DNA from: Podarcis liolepis
Taxonomy: Eukaryota
Reading direction: 5' to 3' (one strand)
DNA: 64,000 bases
NCBI GenBank assembly: GCA_965112155.1
Contig: OZ218099.1
The translations under genes and the position numbers were made by a program. The notes under the pieces are model-generated. The model had not been told where the DNA came from. It saw only the letters and a list, made by a program, of their open reading frames with translations, and ran no database searches. Positions 21,326 through 34,954 of the stretch are shown here, one piece after another. The first letter of the stretch is position 1. Each line of letters opens with the position of its first letter.

Positions 21326-23463
21326 CCCCCATGCCGCCTCTACAGTGGCCTATAGGAGGTCCTGCTGGTCTCCACCTACCCCTAGGGAGGGAATAGTGGG
21401 TGCTGCCCTCTGGAGTCTCATCGGCTCTGCACCCACTTGGTGTGGTTCAGAGCAGATCCCCTTCCCCCCTCGCAACAGCCTTTGATTCCCTGATTCCCAT
21501 TTCAAACATCAGGTAAGGTTGATTTGATTCTCCCTTTCCTGTTCCCAATGTAGATCTTCACTCACCCCTTCTTCTCTGGCTGGTGTGTGTATGGGGAGGG
21601 GCATTTTGTGGTTCGCCTCCTGTGCCAAAATGTCTTGGGCCAGCCCTGTGCTTACCCTCAGGCAAATAATTGAAAATCGGAGCCAAAAATGAGATGTTTA
21701 GAGATAGACATGCTGATCAATCCTAGTGGCCTGAATCAGTGCACGCTCCTTAAAAGGTGAAGATGCGGGCAGCTTACTCAGCACTTGATAGAAGTAGATC
21801 ATGTCCTAGAAAAATTCATTTTATTTGCTTAATTAATGGCATGTGGTTATCAAAATTTGCTGGTATCATCTTCATGAGTTGTTTAGGTACTCAGGTACTG
21901 ATAGTGATCATGTTATCTTCATTCTTGTTATTAGACGCCTGTCAAAGGCTTTTTTTGTTTCAACAAGCTTACCCAAATATTTGAGTGACCTCTATTTTTT
22001 AAAAAAAGTTTTATTGATTTGTTTTTAATGATGATGATTTTATGTACGTTTGTTTTTAATTGGTTTGTGGATTTTAGCTGTGTTTTATTTACAATTTTAT
22101 TTGTACACCACTTGGAGAGCTCTTTGATAAAGCAGTATATTTCTGCCCTGGTGGCTGACAATGGGAGCATTATCAGAGTTTTTGTAGGGAGCATTTTCCG
22201 GGGTTTTGTAAGTAAGGGTACAGAAATCTTTTAGCCAGTGACAAAAAAAGCTAGGTTAGGCTCCAACTCCAGATGATGATTAGTAATCAGTGTGAGTGTG
22301 GTGAATATATCCTTTCAGAATAGGTCTTTTGGTTTGCAATCCCACCACTTATGAACAAAAATGCCTGGTGAATTACAGCTGCTCCAGCACTGAGGAGTGC
22401 TCAGTTGAAGTTTTATTGGTGTCCAGTGCCAACGGAGTAGTATTATCATTGTGGGGTTTTTTGGATCTTGGCTGATAATGATGTAGATTTCATCCTGCTT
22501 TAACATTTCTTTGTACATCACCCAGAGAATCACAGTTATGGGCCATCTAATAAATCAAGTTAAATAAATAAACAAATAAACCACATTGTCCTTCTGGAAA
22601 AGTAGAAGAAATTAGGGCAAGGGTAAGGTTGTATATCATATTCCTTTGCTTTGTTAATTAAACTAGGCAGCCAAATGCTTGCATTGATTCTTGCCAATTT
22701 CCTGCCATTGATCTTTTTGGCATTCACTACACACTGGCATAAATTTGAGGAGAGGAGTAAAACCACCCAGCTTCAGGAGAAGGCCAAGAATGGTGAAGCT
22801 TTGTAAAATAGTGCAGGCAGCAATTTCTGCATTAAACGCATAAGCAGGGGATATTCATTCTGTATTTTTTATTAGTCATCCTCTGTGTTTTGCATGTTTG
22901 CTCTTTGGCTTACCATATGGGCAAATTATTCTATGCAAAGCATCCAGGTGGCTGAATGGAATTCCCACCCAATCTTGCATTATGCATAAATGCAGGCACA
23001 AAAGTACAGTTTTGCATGTCACCTAGGTCTTTAGCTCCGCTATTGTGGCTTTTGCTCAAAAGTCTACCCTTAGGTTTGTGAGCAAGTATAACAGAGCAGG
23101 GAAGGACAGACTTCAGGTTTGTTGGCTCTGCTTTGTTTTTTTACCCCTAGAACACCAAAATCTACCATCCAGAGCCATATGCAAAAGATAAACACTTAGA
23201 ATTAACCTTCGGAGGATGTTCTAAGCCTAATTGGTTTTAAGTTCCAGAATGAAACTTACCTCACAGTCCTTTCACACACACAATGTCCACTTCTGGTTAG
23301 GCTTCTTCATTTCATCTGTCTAATTTAGGTGGGGGGCAAGGGAAAGGCTTTGTTGTTGTTAAACAATATGGAAGTCTCCTTATTGATCTACGGCAAATCA
23401 CCCAGCATTTCCAATAGATCCTGGTCTCCTCACTTCTGTTAATATACACCTTATCCAGAGGTA

Positions 23464-23843
23464 GGAATGCAGTTGGCACTTTGGTCTAAACCACTGAGCC
23501 TTTTGGGCTTCCCGATCGGTGGTTCAAATCCCCGTGACGGGGTGAGCTCCCATTGCTCTGTCCCAGCTCTTGCCAACTTAGCAGTTTGAAAGCACACCAG
23601 TGCAATTAGAGAAATAGGTACCACTATGGCAGGAAGGTAAACGGCGTTTCCGTTCATTCCAGTTTCCGCCACAGTGGTCCGTTGCTCCAGAAGCGGTTTA
23701 GTCATGCTGGCCACATGACCCGGAAATATGTCTGTGGACAAATGCCAGCTCCCTTGGCCTGAAAGTGAGCTGAGCACCGCAACCCCATAGTTGCCTTTGA
23801 CTGGACTTAACTGTCTAGGGGTCCTTTACCTTTTACCTTTACC
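23464..23843 (+). mobile_element. Sauria SINE, full length, older subfamily
   Basis: tRNA-like head, TTAGTCATGCTGGCCACATGACC core, (ACCTTT)n tail; 12-bp TSD TATCCAGAGGTA. Confidence 0.92.
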
Positions 23844-24068
23844 TATCCAGAGGTAATGACAGACTTCTTCCTGTACTGTTGCTGCATGATGGCACTTGGA
23901 ACCATTGAGTACAATTGTTTCAATGCTACTGAAGCAGTACACATGCCAACCCTCAGTCTTAAATCCTTCCTCACTTTATGAATCCTCTTAAATTTAAGGT
24001 GATGTTTAATAATAATAATAAAAATCAGTATTAATCTCAAATTGGAATATGTTCTCACATCTTAATTA

Positions 24069-24569
24069 GCGTATTTTTTGCTCTATAAGACGCACCAGAC
24101 CATAAGACGCACCTTGTTTTTGGAGGAGGAAAACATGAAAAAAAATATTCTGAATCCCAGAAGCCAGAACAGCAAGAGGGATCTGGTTTCTGGGATAGCC
24201 TCTTGCTCTTCTGGTTTCTGGGATAGTTGCGCGAAGCCTCTTCAGGGCTGAGGGCTCCCCCTGCCCTCAAGAGGCTTCACGTGGCTAAGCCAGAAGTCAG
24301 GACAGCAAGCGGGATCACTGCGCAGCGATCCAGCTTGCTGTCCTGGCTTATGGGATAGCCGCGCGCAGCCTCTCCCGGGCAGCGGGAGATTGCACGGAGC
24401 GTGTGTGTGGGCTTTTCCCCAAGGAGGGAGAAGGGCAGCCGTTCCACGCGGCTCTTTAAAGGGAGCGCTGAGCAGAGCCTCCCGCTTGCATTCGCTCCAT
24501 AAGACGCACACACATTTCCCCTTACTTTTTAGGAGGGGAAAAGTGCGTCTTATAGAGCGAAAAATACGG
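24069..24569. mobile_element. Tc1/mariner (pogo-like) MITE
   Basis: TIRs of about 30 bp (CGTATTTTTTGCTCTATAAGACGCAC / GTGCGTCTTATAGAGCGAAAAATACG) flanked by TA. Confidence 0.88.
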
Positions 24570-25310
24570 TATGTGACATTTACCACAGGGTGAATCAGCC
24601 TTTACTTTGCCCCGTGCCAGGAGTGGGTAGAGGGTGTCCATCTGCCATTAATGAAGCATCCCTAGCTACTGCTTTTAAATAGCTGTGCTGTAGTGGTAAG
24701 TGTAAGAGCAACCAAAGGAATGAGTGATGTTCATAAACATCATCATCATTTGCCAGCCAGCTAAAGCAAACCGGGCACTGCACAGAGATGGAATTTATTC
24801 CTCCATGTCCATTTATATAATAGAGGAGTCATTGCAGTGTGTTAGTGGCAAGGCTGCCCACACACCTTACTTGACATGTTTCACACACAATTATAGTGCA
24901 CAGATTGGGTATGACAAATGGCATGCCAAAGTTCCTTTAAAAAAAGACTGAACTGACTCATTTCTAGCAAGCCCAGACACAGTCATGATCCTGGGGTTCA
25001 GGGTGGAGTAGAGAGGAGGCAGCAGACAAGTAAATAGCTAACCTGGTAACCCTGCCAAAATACAGACAAGGTGTCAGCTGCTTTTATTTTAGTCAGCATA
25101 AATGTCATGTCATACAGATTTCCTACAGGAAGTTCAGCTCCCTCTCCTCCCCACTTCATTGCAGTATAATTGCTGCTTTCTTTGTTCCCCTGTAGTTCAG
25201 GATTGGGTTTGCTCCAAAAGGCATATATTGGACAGCTTTTTTTAAAAAAAAGTAAGTTTGGGTCTTTAATTCTATAGAAAACTCCAGTTAGGAAAACAGT
25301 CATATCCAAG

Positions 25311-25500
25311 CATAGGAGTCAATTCCTAGGGGCCAAAGTCTTTCCTGCCTCCAGTAAAATATTTGAGGGGACCATGGACTCCCAAAGTTCATTGGCATTG
25401 CCATTCAAATGGTATGCATGTGCCACATCTTGTGATTGATTATGCAAGGCGGGGCTTATTCCCCCCCCCCGGCAATAATTAATTCAAGTTGGCACCCCTG
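25311..25500. mobile_element. Old hAT-like MITE
   Basis: Imperfect TIRs CATAGGAGTCAATT / AAGTTGGCACCCCTG. Confidence 0.45.
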
Positions 25501-26567
25501 TCTCCAGGTCCTGCCAGAGTGTTTATTTTTAATTGCCCCATAAATGTACAGTTTTGGGTCATTTGTTGTGGAGGGCTTAAATGCCTTTTCCTCAATATAA
25601 AATACTGCATTTCCCCTATATTCAAGCTGCAGTATTTGCCATTGGAAAGTAATGAGATTATTTCCTCCAGGTAGTGTATCGGTTGCCCTTTGGAATATTG
25701 TTGTGTGGAATAAGGTTGTGCAGGTGCGAGAAGTACCTGTTGCCTAGTTCACACAATTCATGACAAGTCAGAGTCTTTCTATCCCCAGTAACAAACCATC
25801 GTAAAAAGTATTTCATTGTTTTATTTTAGAGGTTGAGCCCTCCCACTTTGCCATCCCCAAAACATGAGACTGTTCGAATATGGACACATTTTGTGACCAG
25901 TTCCCTAGTCAGTGACAAGGTAATGGTACCCTCTCCCCCTCAATAGTGTATAGCTGATAACTCGTAGTTTGTACACCTAATTCCACCCCAATCCCCTGGT
26001 CTGCTGATGCCAATTTTGCTAGGCTTTGACTACCGAAGGCAGCAAGGAATACCTATATTCTTGGTTTCTTGACAGTTTTGAAAACCAAATGACTCAGCTT
26101 TTGTTGCTCTAAAATAACAGCTTGGTTCACATGTCACATTAAATGAACCATGGTTGAAACCCGGGGTCATAATTTGTTTCTTTCCATTACAATTATTGTG
26201 TCTTAATAATGTGTGAACCTGGGATTGTGAAAGCATTTAGCTATTCAAGAGTCCTTGGCTACCGCTGAATGTGTGGATAACATTGGCTGATTTTCTTGTG
26301 GCGGGCTCTGTACTGCATGTGAGTTGAATGGCAGCTAGCCATGGGGGTGGGGAATGTCAGTGGGTGACAGCACTGCATTGAAATTGTACCTAAGATTACC
26401 TGAAAATCAGTCTTACATTTGGGGAAAGAACTATATTCTCCTATGTGAACTCTGATATAGTGCTTGCTTAGTGCTGCTTTGGGTACCAAAATAGAGAAAC
26501 CTGGTTGCCCTGCAGCTCACTCGCATTCAAGTACACTTTGCTTGTAGGATGGCAGCTGTCTCAGGAT

Positions 26568-26962
26568 GTTATTGTTGTTGTTCAGTTGTGTCCGACTCTT
26601 CGTGACCCCATGGACCAGAGCACGCCAGGCACTTCTGTCTTCCACCGCCTCCCGCAGTTTAGTCAAACTCATGCTGGTAGCTTTGAGAACACTGTCCAAC
26701 CATCTCGTCCTCTGTCGTCCCCTTCTTTTTGTGCCCTCCATCTTTCCCAACATCAGGGTCTTTTCCAGGGAGTCTTCTCTTCTCATGAGGTGGCCAAAGT
26801 ATTGGAGCCTCAGCTTCAGGATCTGCCCTTCCAGTGAGCACTCTGGGCTGATTTCCTTAAGAATGGATAGGTTTGATCTTCTTGCAGTCCATGGGACTCT
26901 CAAGAGTCTCCTGCAGCACCATAATTCAAAAGCATCAATTCTTTGGCGATCAGCTCTCACTT
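26568..26962 (-). mobile_element. RTE-BovB LINE 3' fragment
   Basis: RIDAFELWCCRRLLRVPWTARRSNLSILKEISPECSLEGQILKLRLQYFGHLMRREDSLEKTLMLGK is the BovB ORF C-terminus; (CAA)n tail. Confidence 0.95.
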
Positions 26963-27150
26963 CTCTTTCTCTGGATGCCTTTTTAAGCCTGGACTTTGAA
27001 AGTCATCTAATCTTCCTTGCTGTATTATACTGTATTGTTTTAATTAGTGTTTTTATAGTTGTTTTGATTTTGTGTGGAGTGCCCTACCTGGGTGGATGGA
27101 GCAGCCAAGTAATTTCGTTGTCCCCGAGAGGGGGCAAAGACAATAAAGAT

Positions 27151-27178
27151 ATTATTATTATTATTTATTATTATTATT
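27151..27178. repeat. (ATT)n microsatellite, probably the tail of a degraded L2
   Basis: Seen directly; upstream sequence resembles an L2 3' UTR. Confidence 0.8.
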
Positions 27179-28886
27179 AAAAAGGTGGCAAATTGCGAGT
27201 GGGAATAGGGTGCATTTGAATGGGTTACCTTCAGTGCTAAAGTATGATACAGTGCAACCCTCTGATGCAAGCACTTGCAAACTCAAGTGGAACTTACTCC
27301 CAGATACATGTGTGCTGGATTGGAGCCCTTCGATAGGCTCTGCTAGGCACTCTATTTTCAGTTTGTTTGTTTTTAAAGTGGCCTATTACCTTTGCTTGGT
27401 ATTAGTCCAAAGATTGTTACAGTCAATATTTGGGTTTCTTAGCATTAAACAAACTGCGTAAACTCTTCTGGAAAGAAGTTATTGCTATGTGGATTGTAGA
27501 AGCTGTTAATGCTTATTTAATTTGACATTTCCAGCAGAGATCAAGTATCCCCCGCAGTTTTGCGGGCAAAAATGTGTATAAGGTGCCCTTGAGCTGACCA
27601 TAGTTAATTTTAAAAATCTTTCAGTATTGTATTTCTGCCATGACATTGTTGACCCCACTGTTTTACAAGTATAGTACTTAAATGTTTACCGGCATGAGTT
27701 GGTCCAAGTTGACTTCCCAGCTCTGCCTAACAGAATTTTGAAGATAGTCCTGTATAAGGGTGGGGGTGGAAATAGTCTAAAAATTCAGGGAGATCTCTGC
27801 CAAGAAAAAGAAAAAGAATCCTTTGAGCTGGCTAATCGATTTTCTGTTACCAATTTCAGGGCTTACAGATATACAATTGAATCTCAGGTTCTCTCTCTTT
27901 GTGCTTTTCAATATGTACCTGAAACTACTGGAAGAGGCCATCTGAGGTCTGGGTTGAGCAGCCCTCAATATAGGGGGTGGTAGCCAGCTCTTTTTCTTTA
28001 TTTCATCACATTTTTGATTTTCCAGAATAAGCAGTTTGAGGCAAGACAGGTCCCAAGCCATTTAATTGCAGTTCTGTTCTTGAATCTAAACTCTTAAATG
28101 ATTTTGAATTTGGACTACACAAACCTCTCCCCAAGCCATGGCTTAGGCTACTTTATAGTTGTACCATTAGCTGCAGGACTTTTATTGAAGCACTCTAAAA
28201 TACTTTTTTGCTCTTTTACTCTCACTTATATCTCATATGGTTATCCAAGGTAAGCTATGCAACCCTTTGTGGAAGTAAGTGCTGTGGTTTGTAACTTATT
28301 AGTGCTGATATAAATCCATTGCTTGCATTCTCTCTAGAATACACTAAAACAATTGTTGAATAGAGTTTCTTCAGAGATAAGTACTGGAGTGGGATAAGCA
28401 ACTATTCTGGAAGTCTTTTGAGTATACGTATTAAAAGTCTTAATACCTTGTGTATGGGACACATATTATAAGTGCTTCAAGAAAGGTAGTTGTCTCTTTT
28501 CCAGGTACTTCCCCCATTAATTCATTTAGTTTACTTTGAAGCCATTTTTTAATGTTGCGGGTTATCCCAAGAGAAAAATGTCTAGGATTGAAAGTGAAGC
28601 TGTGGGTATGAAGTGTATTTCTGACTGTTCTCCATTATTTTGTAATCCTCTGCAAACCTGAATGTTATTGTAAAGATGCATCATTTTTTTGTAGAAAAAT
28701 TTCCATGTCTGGGCCCATTTGAATGAATGACAGTATGTTTTAGTTCTTTGTTAGTCTCACCCTCTGGGACCAACATCGCAAGCATGCTGTTCTTACAGAA
28801 CTTTTTTTTTTGGGGGGGGTAAACTTGTGAAAATTGGGAACCAAAGCCATGAAAGAAATGAGAGTTGAAATGTAAACACCCACCCA

Positions 28887-28889
<3 letters not shown>

Positions 28890-28949
<60 letters not shown>
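28890..28949. repeat. (CT)n(CA)n compound microsatellite
   Basis: Seen directly. Confidence 0.96.
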
Positions 28950-29023
28950 TATGTCTGTATCTTTGTCTGTATTTGCCTGTAGTATTTTGCCTGTTTGTAA
29001 GAGGTCCCTACCTATAGCCCCTA

Positions 29024-29358
29024 CAGTGGTGCCCCGCAAGACGAATGCCTCGCAAGACGAAAAACCCGCTAGACGAAAGGGTTTTCCGTTTTTCAATGCG
29101 CTTCGCAAGACGAATTTCCCTATGGGCTTGTTTCGCAAGACGAAAACGTCTTGCGAGTGTTGCGATTTTTTTCGCTCCCCCCCTTTTCTAAGCCGCTAAT
29201 AGCCTTTTAGCTGCTAATCTGCTAAGCCTTTAATAGCCGCTAAACTGCTAATAGCGCTAATCTGCTAAGCCGCCAATAGGGTTGCTTCGCAAGACGAAAA
29301 AACCGCTAGACGAAGAGAATCGCGGAACGGATTATTTTCGTCTTGCGAGGCACCACTG
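29024..29358. mobile_element. Tc1/mariner (Tigger-like) MITE, family C
   Basis: TA|CAGTGGTGCCCCGCAAGACGAA ... TTCGTCTTGCGAGGCACCACTG|TA; internal GCAAGACGA and CCGCTAA repeats; CpG-rich; second copy at 36134. Confidence 0.92.
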
Positions 29359-31037
29359 TACATTTATTTGCTACCAAACATTGGACATCCCATTTGGCTA
29401 GCCAGTAAAGAACGTTCAGCATCTTCAGTTATCGGTTCGTCACAGCTCAAAATGTTTGGCACAAAATCCCTCTATCATGTTACATTCATCCCGTTGCAAT
29501 GAACAGAAAAGAAGAGGAGAAAAACAAGAAGGGGAAAAAATGGAAGAAACACTTATGAATCTTTCTGCTCCCCCAGGCTTCAATAGTCTCTGTAATTTTC
29601 CCATTCTTGCTCATTGGTGAGCTTTCCCCAGCAATGCTACAAATAAGTATATTTTATTCTTTGGGGATTTCCAGCTAATTTTAGAACGTTGTTATTTATC
29701 TACAAAAAAGCAGTTTGATCTCTTCTTATAACTCTGCTTTTCATGCAACACTGAGCTGATACCCAGTGTGACTGCTAATTAGCAGCTGAAACGACAGTAG
29801 AAGAAAACTATAATTAACAGTGCTAGGTTCATGGACTGATGGGCCTTAAATAATTATGTGGGTATGTTAGAGCGAGCATTGTATGTTTAACATGAAAATT
29901 GGATACTAAGTGAAGAGTGAATATACAGGTAGGGCTTAGTGTATACCACAATTTTGTGCAAGTACAGACAAAGCACATAATGTAGAAATCAGCATCCTTA
30001 GAAGTTCAAGCTTGTATTTAGAAAACAAAGCAAGTTTATAGTCCTTAATATTTTGTCGTTAGGCTTGAAATTATTGAACCAGTGCCTCCTGAAATCACAT
30101 TTTATTCAGGAGTGTTTTCCTGTGGTCAAAAGTTGTGTCTCCAAAGCTCCATATAGGCTCTTGTGCTTTTTGTGTGTCACGTAGAAGCAGAATGAATTAT
30201 GCAGAATAGAAAAAACATGCAGTTGATTATGCAAAGTAATAAAAACATGTCCTGGGGCAAGGGCTGAAGGCTCACAATGCAGTACCTTGGCTGAAGCTAA
30301 GTGCGTCTGTTGAGAGACCACTAGATGGGAGAATGGCTAGAAATGCCTGGTATGGTGCCAACTTCCTTGGTGGAAGAAAGGTGAGATTCAAATGAAATGA
30401 ATTAAATTATAAAATGAATTAAATTATAAACATAAGCATATATTTTTTTACAAGTTGCAGGGCTAGGTTTTCCTTGTTGCAGAATTGGGTTAACTTTGGT
30501 TCAGATTTGCTTATTTTATTTCACACAGCTTTTTTTAAGTATTCCCACTCCCGCCCTTTCTGCTCCTTTCATTCTTCAGGGATTGTTTTAAAGATTAGAA
30601 ATTTATGAAATTCTATAAATGTTTGATTCCATGTATTAGTGGTAAAGGCTTACTTTCTCTTCAGAGACAGTTCACCTCTTCATCCAAAACCGCCCAAACA
30701 CATTTAATGATTTTTTTAAAAAAATGGCAAACTCTCCTAAATGTAGCCTACTTTTCATTGGATAGACTGTCATCAGGGGCTGTTCATTGAAGGGGGTCGG
30801 GAATCTTGTGGTTTGCAGCTATTTTCCTCAGTTGTGAAACTATTACTTGTTATGTATGTGATCAATTTTATATTGATGCCAGCAAGTTATGTTTTAGGAG
30901 TCAGCACTGAATTTCAGGTACTTACGTGACCCAGGCAGTTGGATTTTTCAAACCTGACCCCAAGCAATAAAGAATTTAGCCATACCAGAGAATATTGAAC
31001 TCATTATATTGGTCTTCAAACTGTGTACCTTGTATAT

Positions 31038-31622
31038 GTTGTTGTTGTTGTTGTTATTTAGTTGTGTAGTCGTGTCCGACTCTTTGTGACCCCATGGACC
31101 AGAGCACGCCAGGCACTCCTGTCTTCCACTGTCTCCTGCAGCTTGGTCAAACTCATGCTGGTAGCTTCGAGAACAGTATCCAATCATCTCGTCCTCTGTC
31201 GTCCCCTTCTTTTTGTGCCCTCCATCTTTCCCAACATCAGGGTCTTTTCCAGGGAGTCTTCTCTTCTCATTAGGTATTGGAGTCTCAGCTTCAGGATCTG
31301 TCCTTCCAGTGAGTACTCAGGGCTGATTTCCTTAAGAATGGATAGGTTTGATCTTCTTGCAGTCCATGGGACTCTCAAGAGTCTCCTCCAGCACCAGAAT
31401 TCAAAAGCATCAAATCTTCGGCGATCAGCCTTCTTTATGGTTCAGCTCTCACTTCCATACATGACTACTGGGAAAACCATAGCTTTAAGTATACGGACCT
31501 TTGTTGGCAAGGTGATGTCTCTGCTTTTTAAGATGCTGTCTAGGTTTGTCATTGATTTTCTCCCAAGAAGCAGGCGTCTTTTAATTTCGTGGCTGCTGTC
31601 ACCATCTGCAGTGATCATGGAG
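31038..31622 (-). mobile_element. RTE-BovB LINE 3' fragment with small deletions
   Basis: SMITADGDSSHEIKRRLLLGRKSMTNLDSILKSRDITLPTKVRILKAMVFPVVMYGSES plus downstream BovB motifs; (CAA)n tail; imperfect TSD CCTT(G/A)TATAT. Confidence 0.95.
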
Positions 31623-32449
31623 TCCTTATATATAGAGTTGCTTAATGTGAGGATCTGCAGTGTCAGGCAAAGTTTGCCTTTCCCTACCAATTTTCTTCTG
31701 TAATGTGTCCATCTTTAGGAGATGGTTTGTTGTGTGTGTTAATACAGGAATTCTCAAATTTCCAACTCCCAGGACCTATTTGAGAGGACTGAAAATTACT
31801 GGGGCTTAGCAGGGGCAGGAGTGAGTGAGGAGAGATAGGGCAAGCTGTGGTACGGAGACCCAGCCATAGATGTCCCCTGGTCCACCATTTGAGAACTGCT
31901 GAGTTAGGATATTGGTCCAACTCTGACCATGAAGCACAGCCAGTATCTTGTGTGAGCAGAACCCTAGAACTTGCTACAGAATTCTTCAAATGCAATTCCT
32001 TGACAGGCAAATCAATGCGGAAGGTGGAAACATTGAAAAATGCTGATCTAAGCTATGAATTTATTGCTAAACTGGGGATAACATCACTCATCCTGACTAG
32101 TGAATGCCTCCACTTCCACTCTAAGGCCCTTGTCTCCCAAATTGTAAACAACTTATTTTTCAAGCACTTCCTGCCAATCTTTTAAAAATGATTGTACTGC
32201 ATATCAGATTTCCAAGTCAGGTAGCCTTCTGTGAAATAATCCATTTCTTTATTGTGGCCTACTTAGTAAAAATAGCAAATTCCAATTGTTCATTCAGAAA
32301 GGTCAGCAACTTTTAAAATAACAGATTTCCCTTCCCACATCCAAACAAACCTATACCACCGTGTTTATAAACTTTTTGTATTTTGCTTTATTGTGCTTGA
32401 ATGCTTTTATTATCCCTATAAGGCTTCAGGGCCTTGGTTGAAAAATATC

Positions 32450-32793
32450 TGACTCTCCAAGTGTCCCTGTTTTCCAGAGACGTCCCTGATTTAGAAAAGC
32501 CATCCTGGTTTCTGATTTCATCTTGGAATGTCCCACTTTCCCTTAGGATGTCACTATTTTCATTGGAGAAATGTTGGAGGGTATGGAGTTTTCCGACCCC
32601 CGAGCCACCTGAAGGCAAACCTGTATAGGGAAGGTTTTTATTTAAAAAAAAGTTTTACATGTTTTTATATATGTTGGAAGCTGCCCAGAGTAGCTGGGGC
32701 AACCCAGCAAGATGTGTGTAGGGTATAAATAGTAACATTATCATTATGGAATGGGACGTCCCAATTTTCATCAGAGAAATGTTGGAGGTTATG
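32450..32793. mobile_element. Composite hAT (Blackjack-like) MITE with a duplicated right end and an internal L2 tail
   Basis: Left GACTCTCCAAGTGTCCC; right terminus GAGAAATGTTGGAGG(G/T)TATG occurs twice (ending near 32585 and at 32793); AAATATC on both flanks. Confidence 0.7.
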
Positions 32794-33788
32794 AAATATC
32801 AGGAATTAGATTGACATACTCTGATCAGTTTCTTATTTGACTCAAGTTTGGAAGGGTAGAAGTAACAAGTTCCATGGGTAATATTTTCCTCCCCAAATGC
32901 TTTTTCCCCACTGCACTCATCCTTCTGGGTTCATGAATCTACATGCATACATTTGCTGATAAATGTGCATACAAGAATAAACTGAACCTAGCTGCAAATA
33001 TTTTCCCCCAACCTCCTCATTCTGACACTCTCCTTTTCCTAAAGAATAAGGAAGGGGGAAGCATATGCAACTACGACTGTTGTGTTGGGGGAAAACATTG
33101 CAAGGTTATTCAGGTTGCTCCTCATAGATTTCTAGGGCTGGGAAATGCAGCTGAGATAGCTTTGCTGTTCCTAGAGGAGGTATAAAGTGCCACTTACTTG
33201 CTCAGCTGGGAGATGTTGTTATCAGCCCTGCTAGGAGAATGCATTTTTTTGCCTATGTTTCAGCCTGCAGAAGCTAAAGGCTTGTGCCTAGTTGTGCGTC
33301 ATCTGCACTGCACTCTGTCAGTTGCTGTTCATGTTCCTGATAAAAGCATAATGACTTAATTATTAGTTCCTTCATGGGCAGTGTAATTGGGGTGGGAGTT
33401 AAGACTCTCCAAATGTTGCTTAAATGTGCAGGCATCTGGTCAGCACATGCTCCAATTTCTGCCCTCACTTCATCCTTCCCTCTGCTTAAAACCTTGTGGC
33501 CCCTATGCATGCTCTACAAGTACTGTGTAAGGACCAGATAAATTAACATCATGAGCTGGATGCTGTTTGCTATTCTAGACCAGGGCTGAATGCTGTTGTG
33601 TGTTCCTTGCTGTTGGCAACTAATTTTTAAGTTAGCAAGTTGACCCTTGGTTGAATATTTTATAAGCTTAGACAGCACTATATCATATGTATGGATATAG
33701 GCATTCAAAACTCATGGGATTTTTTCTACCTGTGCTGTAATATTCAAAGAATCTTTTTGTGGATGGTCATGTAGCCTGTTCTTAAAAG

Positions 33789-34111
33789 GTTTGAATCCCT
33801 GCGACTTGGTGAGTTCCCATTGCTCTGTCCCAGCTCCTGCCAACCTAGCAGTTTGAAAGCACACCAGTTCAAGTAGATAAATAGATACCGCTGTGGTGGG
33901 AAGGTAAGCAGCGTTTCTGTGCGCTCTGGCTTCCGTCACAATGTCCCGTTGCACCAGAAGCGGTTTAGTCATGCTGTCCACATGACCTGGAAAGCTGTCT
34001 GTGGACAAATGCCGGCTCCCACGGCCTGAAAGCAAGATGAGCACTGCAACCCCATACTCGCCTTCAACAGGGCTTAACCGTCCAGGGGTCCTTTACCTTT
34101 ACCTTTTTACC
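33789..34111 (+). mobile_element. Sauria SINE, 5'-truncated
   Basis: Collinear with the 23464 copy; (ACCTTT)n tail; TSD TTCTT(A/C)AAAG. Confidence 0.9.
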
Positions 34112-34333
34112 TTCTTCAAAGTCTCAGTAAAGGAAATACCACAACTTGATGCAATTGTGTAAGATTTTGCTGGAAAAAATTCTGCCAGTTGTCAATTTCT
34201 CATTTGCGTGCAAAAGTACCTATATCGTTACTGGGCAATCAGCCAGTACAAATCCTGAATGCTGGTCAGAAGAAGCCATTTATTTTCTTTGACTCTTTCA
34301 TAAAGTAGTATTTTTTGGGTAATGTTTCCCCAG

Positions 34334-34456
34334 GGGTCGACCCAGGTCTGCAAAAGGAACCCCGAAATCAGACACCCACTCCAGCAGCAGCACCGTCTTC
34401 ATCCAAGTATCATCGGGCACGATCCGGGGGAGCTAGAGATGAACGCTATCGATCCG
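34334..34456 (+). CDS. DIP2B: DIP2B coding exon 3 (123 bp, phase 1-1)
   Basis: ccccag|...TCC G|gtaagg; (G)VDPGLQKEPRNQTPTPAAAPSSSKYHRARSGGARDERYRS. Confidence 0.95.
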
Positions 34457-34954
34457 GTAAGGCTACTACAAATTCATCTGAGAAACATTGAGGGGTTGTT
34501 GTTTTTTACCTTTTTTTAAAAATCAAATCGGGAGATTTTGGCCAATGGTAGTCATCCTCAGAGTAGACCCATGAAAATTATTGGAGATCACTAACTTAGC
34601 TTTGTTGATTTCATATGAGTTTACTCTAAGTAAAACTTAGTTGAGTGCAGCTCCAGGGTTTATACATTGGGGCTATGAGTTTAGCATTTTCATTCCAAAT
34701 CCTTCCTGTAGAATTTGCTGCATCTTTCTTCTGGCTGGGATTTGAGTTCTGCTCTGTTGTCCACTTCAAGCATGTTTGCAGAGGCAAGCCTTCAAGCTGC
34801 CTTTACTAGAGTCTTAGATTTTAAAGGAGAAAAGGCCTTTCGTGTCGTACTTCTTTTTCAGTCTTTTAAAACGCTTTTCTAAAAATACATCCTTAAGTAG
34901 AGCATTCACTACCAGAGGCCAGCGTCTAGCATGTTGGATTCAGATATGGGAATG

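Larger units (their letters stand above)
20748..21648. mobile_element. hAT MITE host element containing two nested insertions
   Basis: Perfect 13-bp TIRs CAGGGCTGGCCCA / TGGGCCAGCCCTG; degenerate 8-bp TSD (CTCCTACC / TGCTTACC). Confidence 0.7.

Noticed and set aside
21479-21512. 34-nt cryptic exon with a strong CAG|GTAAGG donor
   Set aside because: It lies inside a MITE and frameshifts alone. Combined with the 44-nt candidate it restores length but hits an in-frame TGA. No independent support.
28490-28512. TCTCTTTTCCAG|GTACTT as a recursive splice site
   Set aside because: The reconstituted donor is weak and such motifs are expected by chance in a 24-kb intron.
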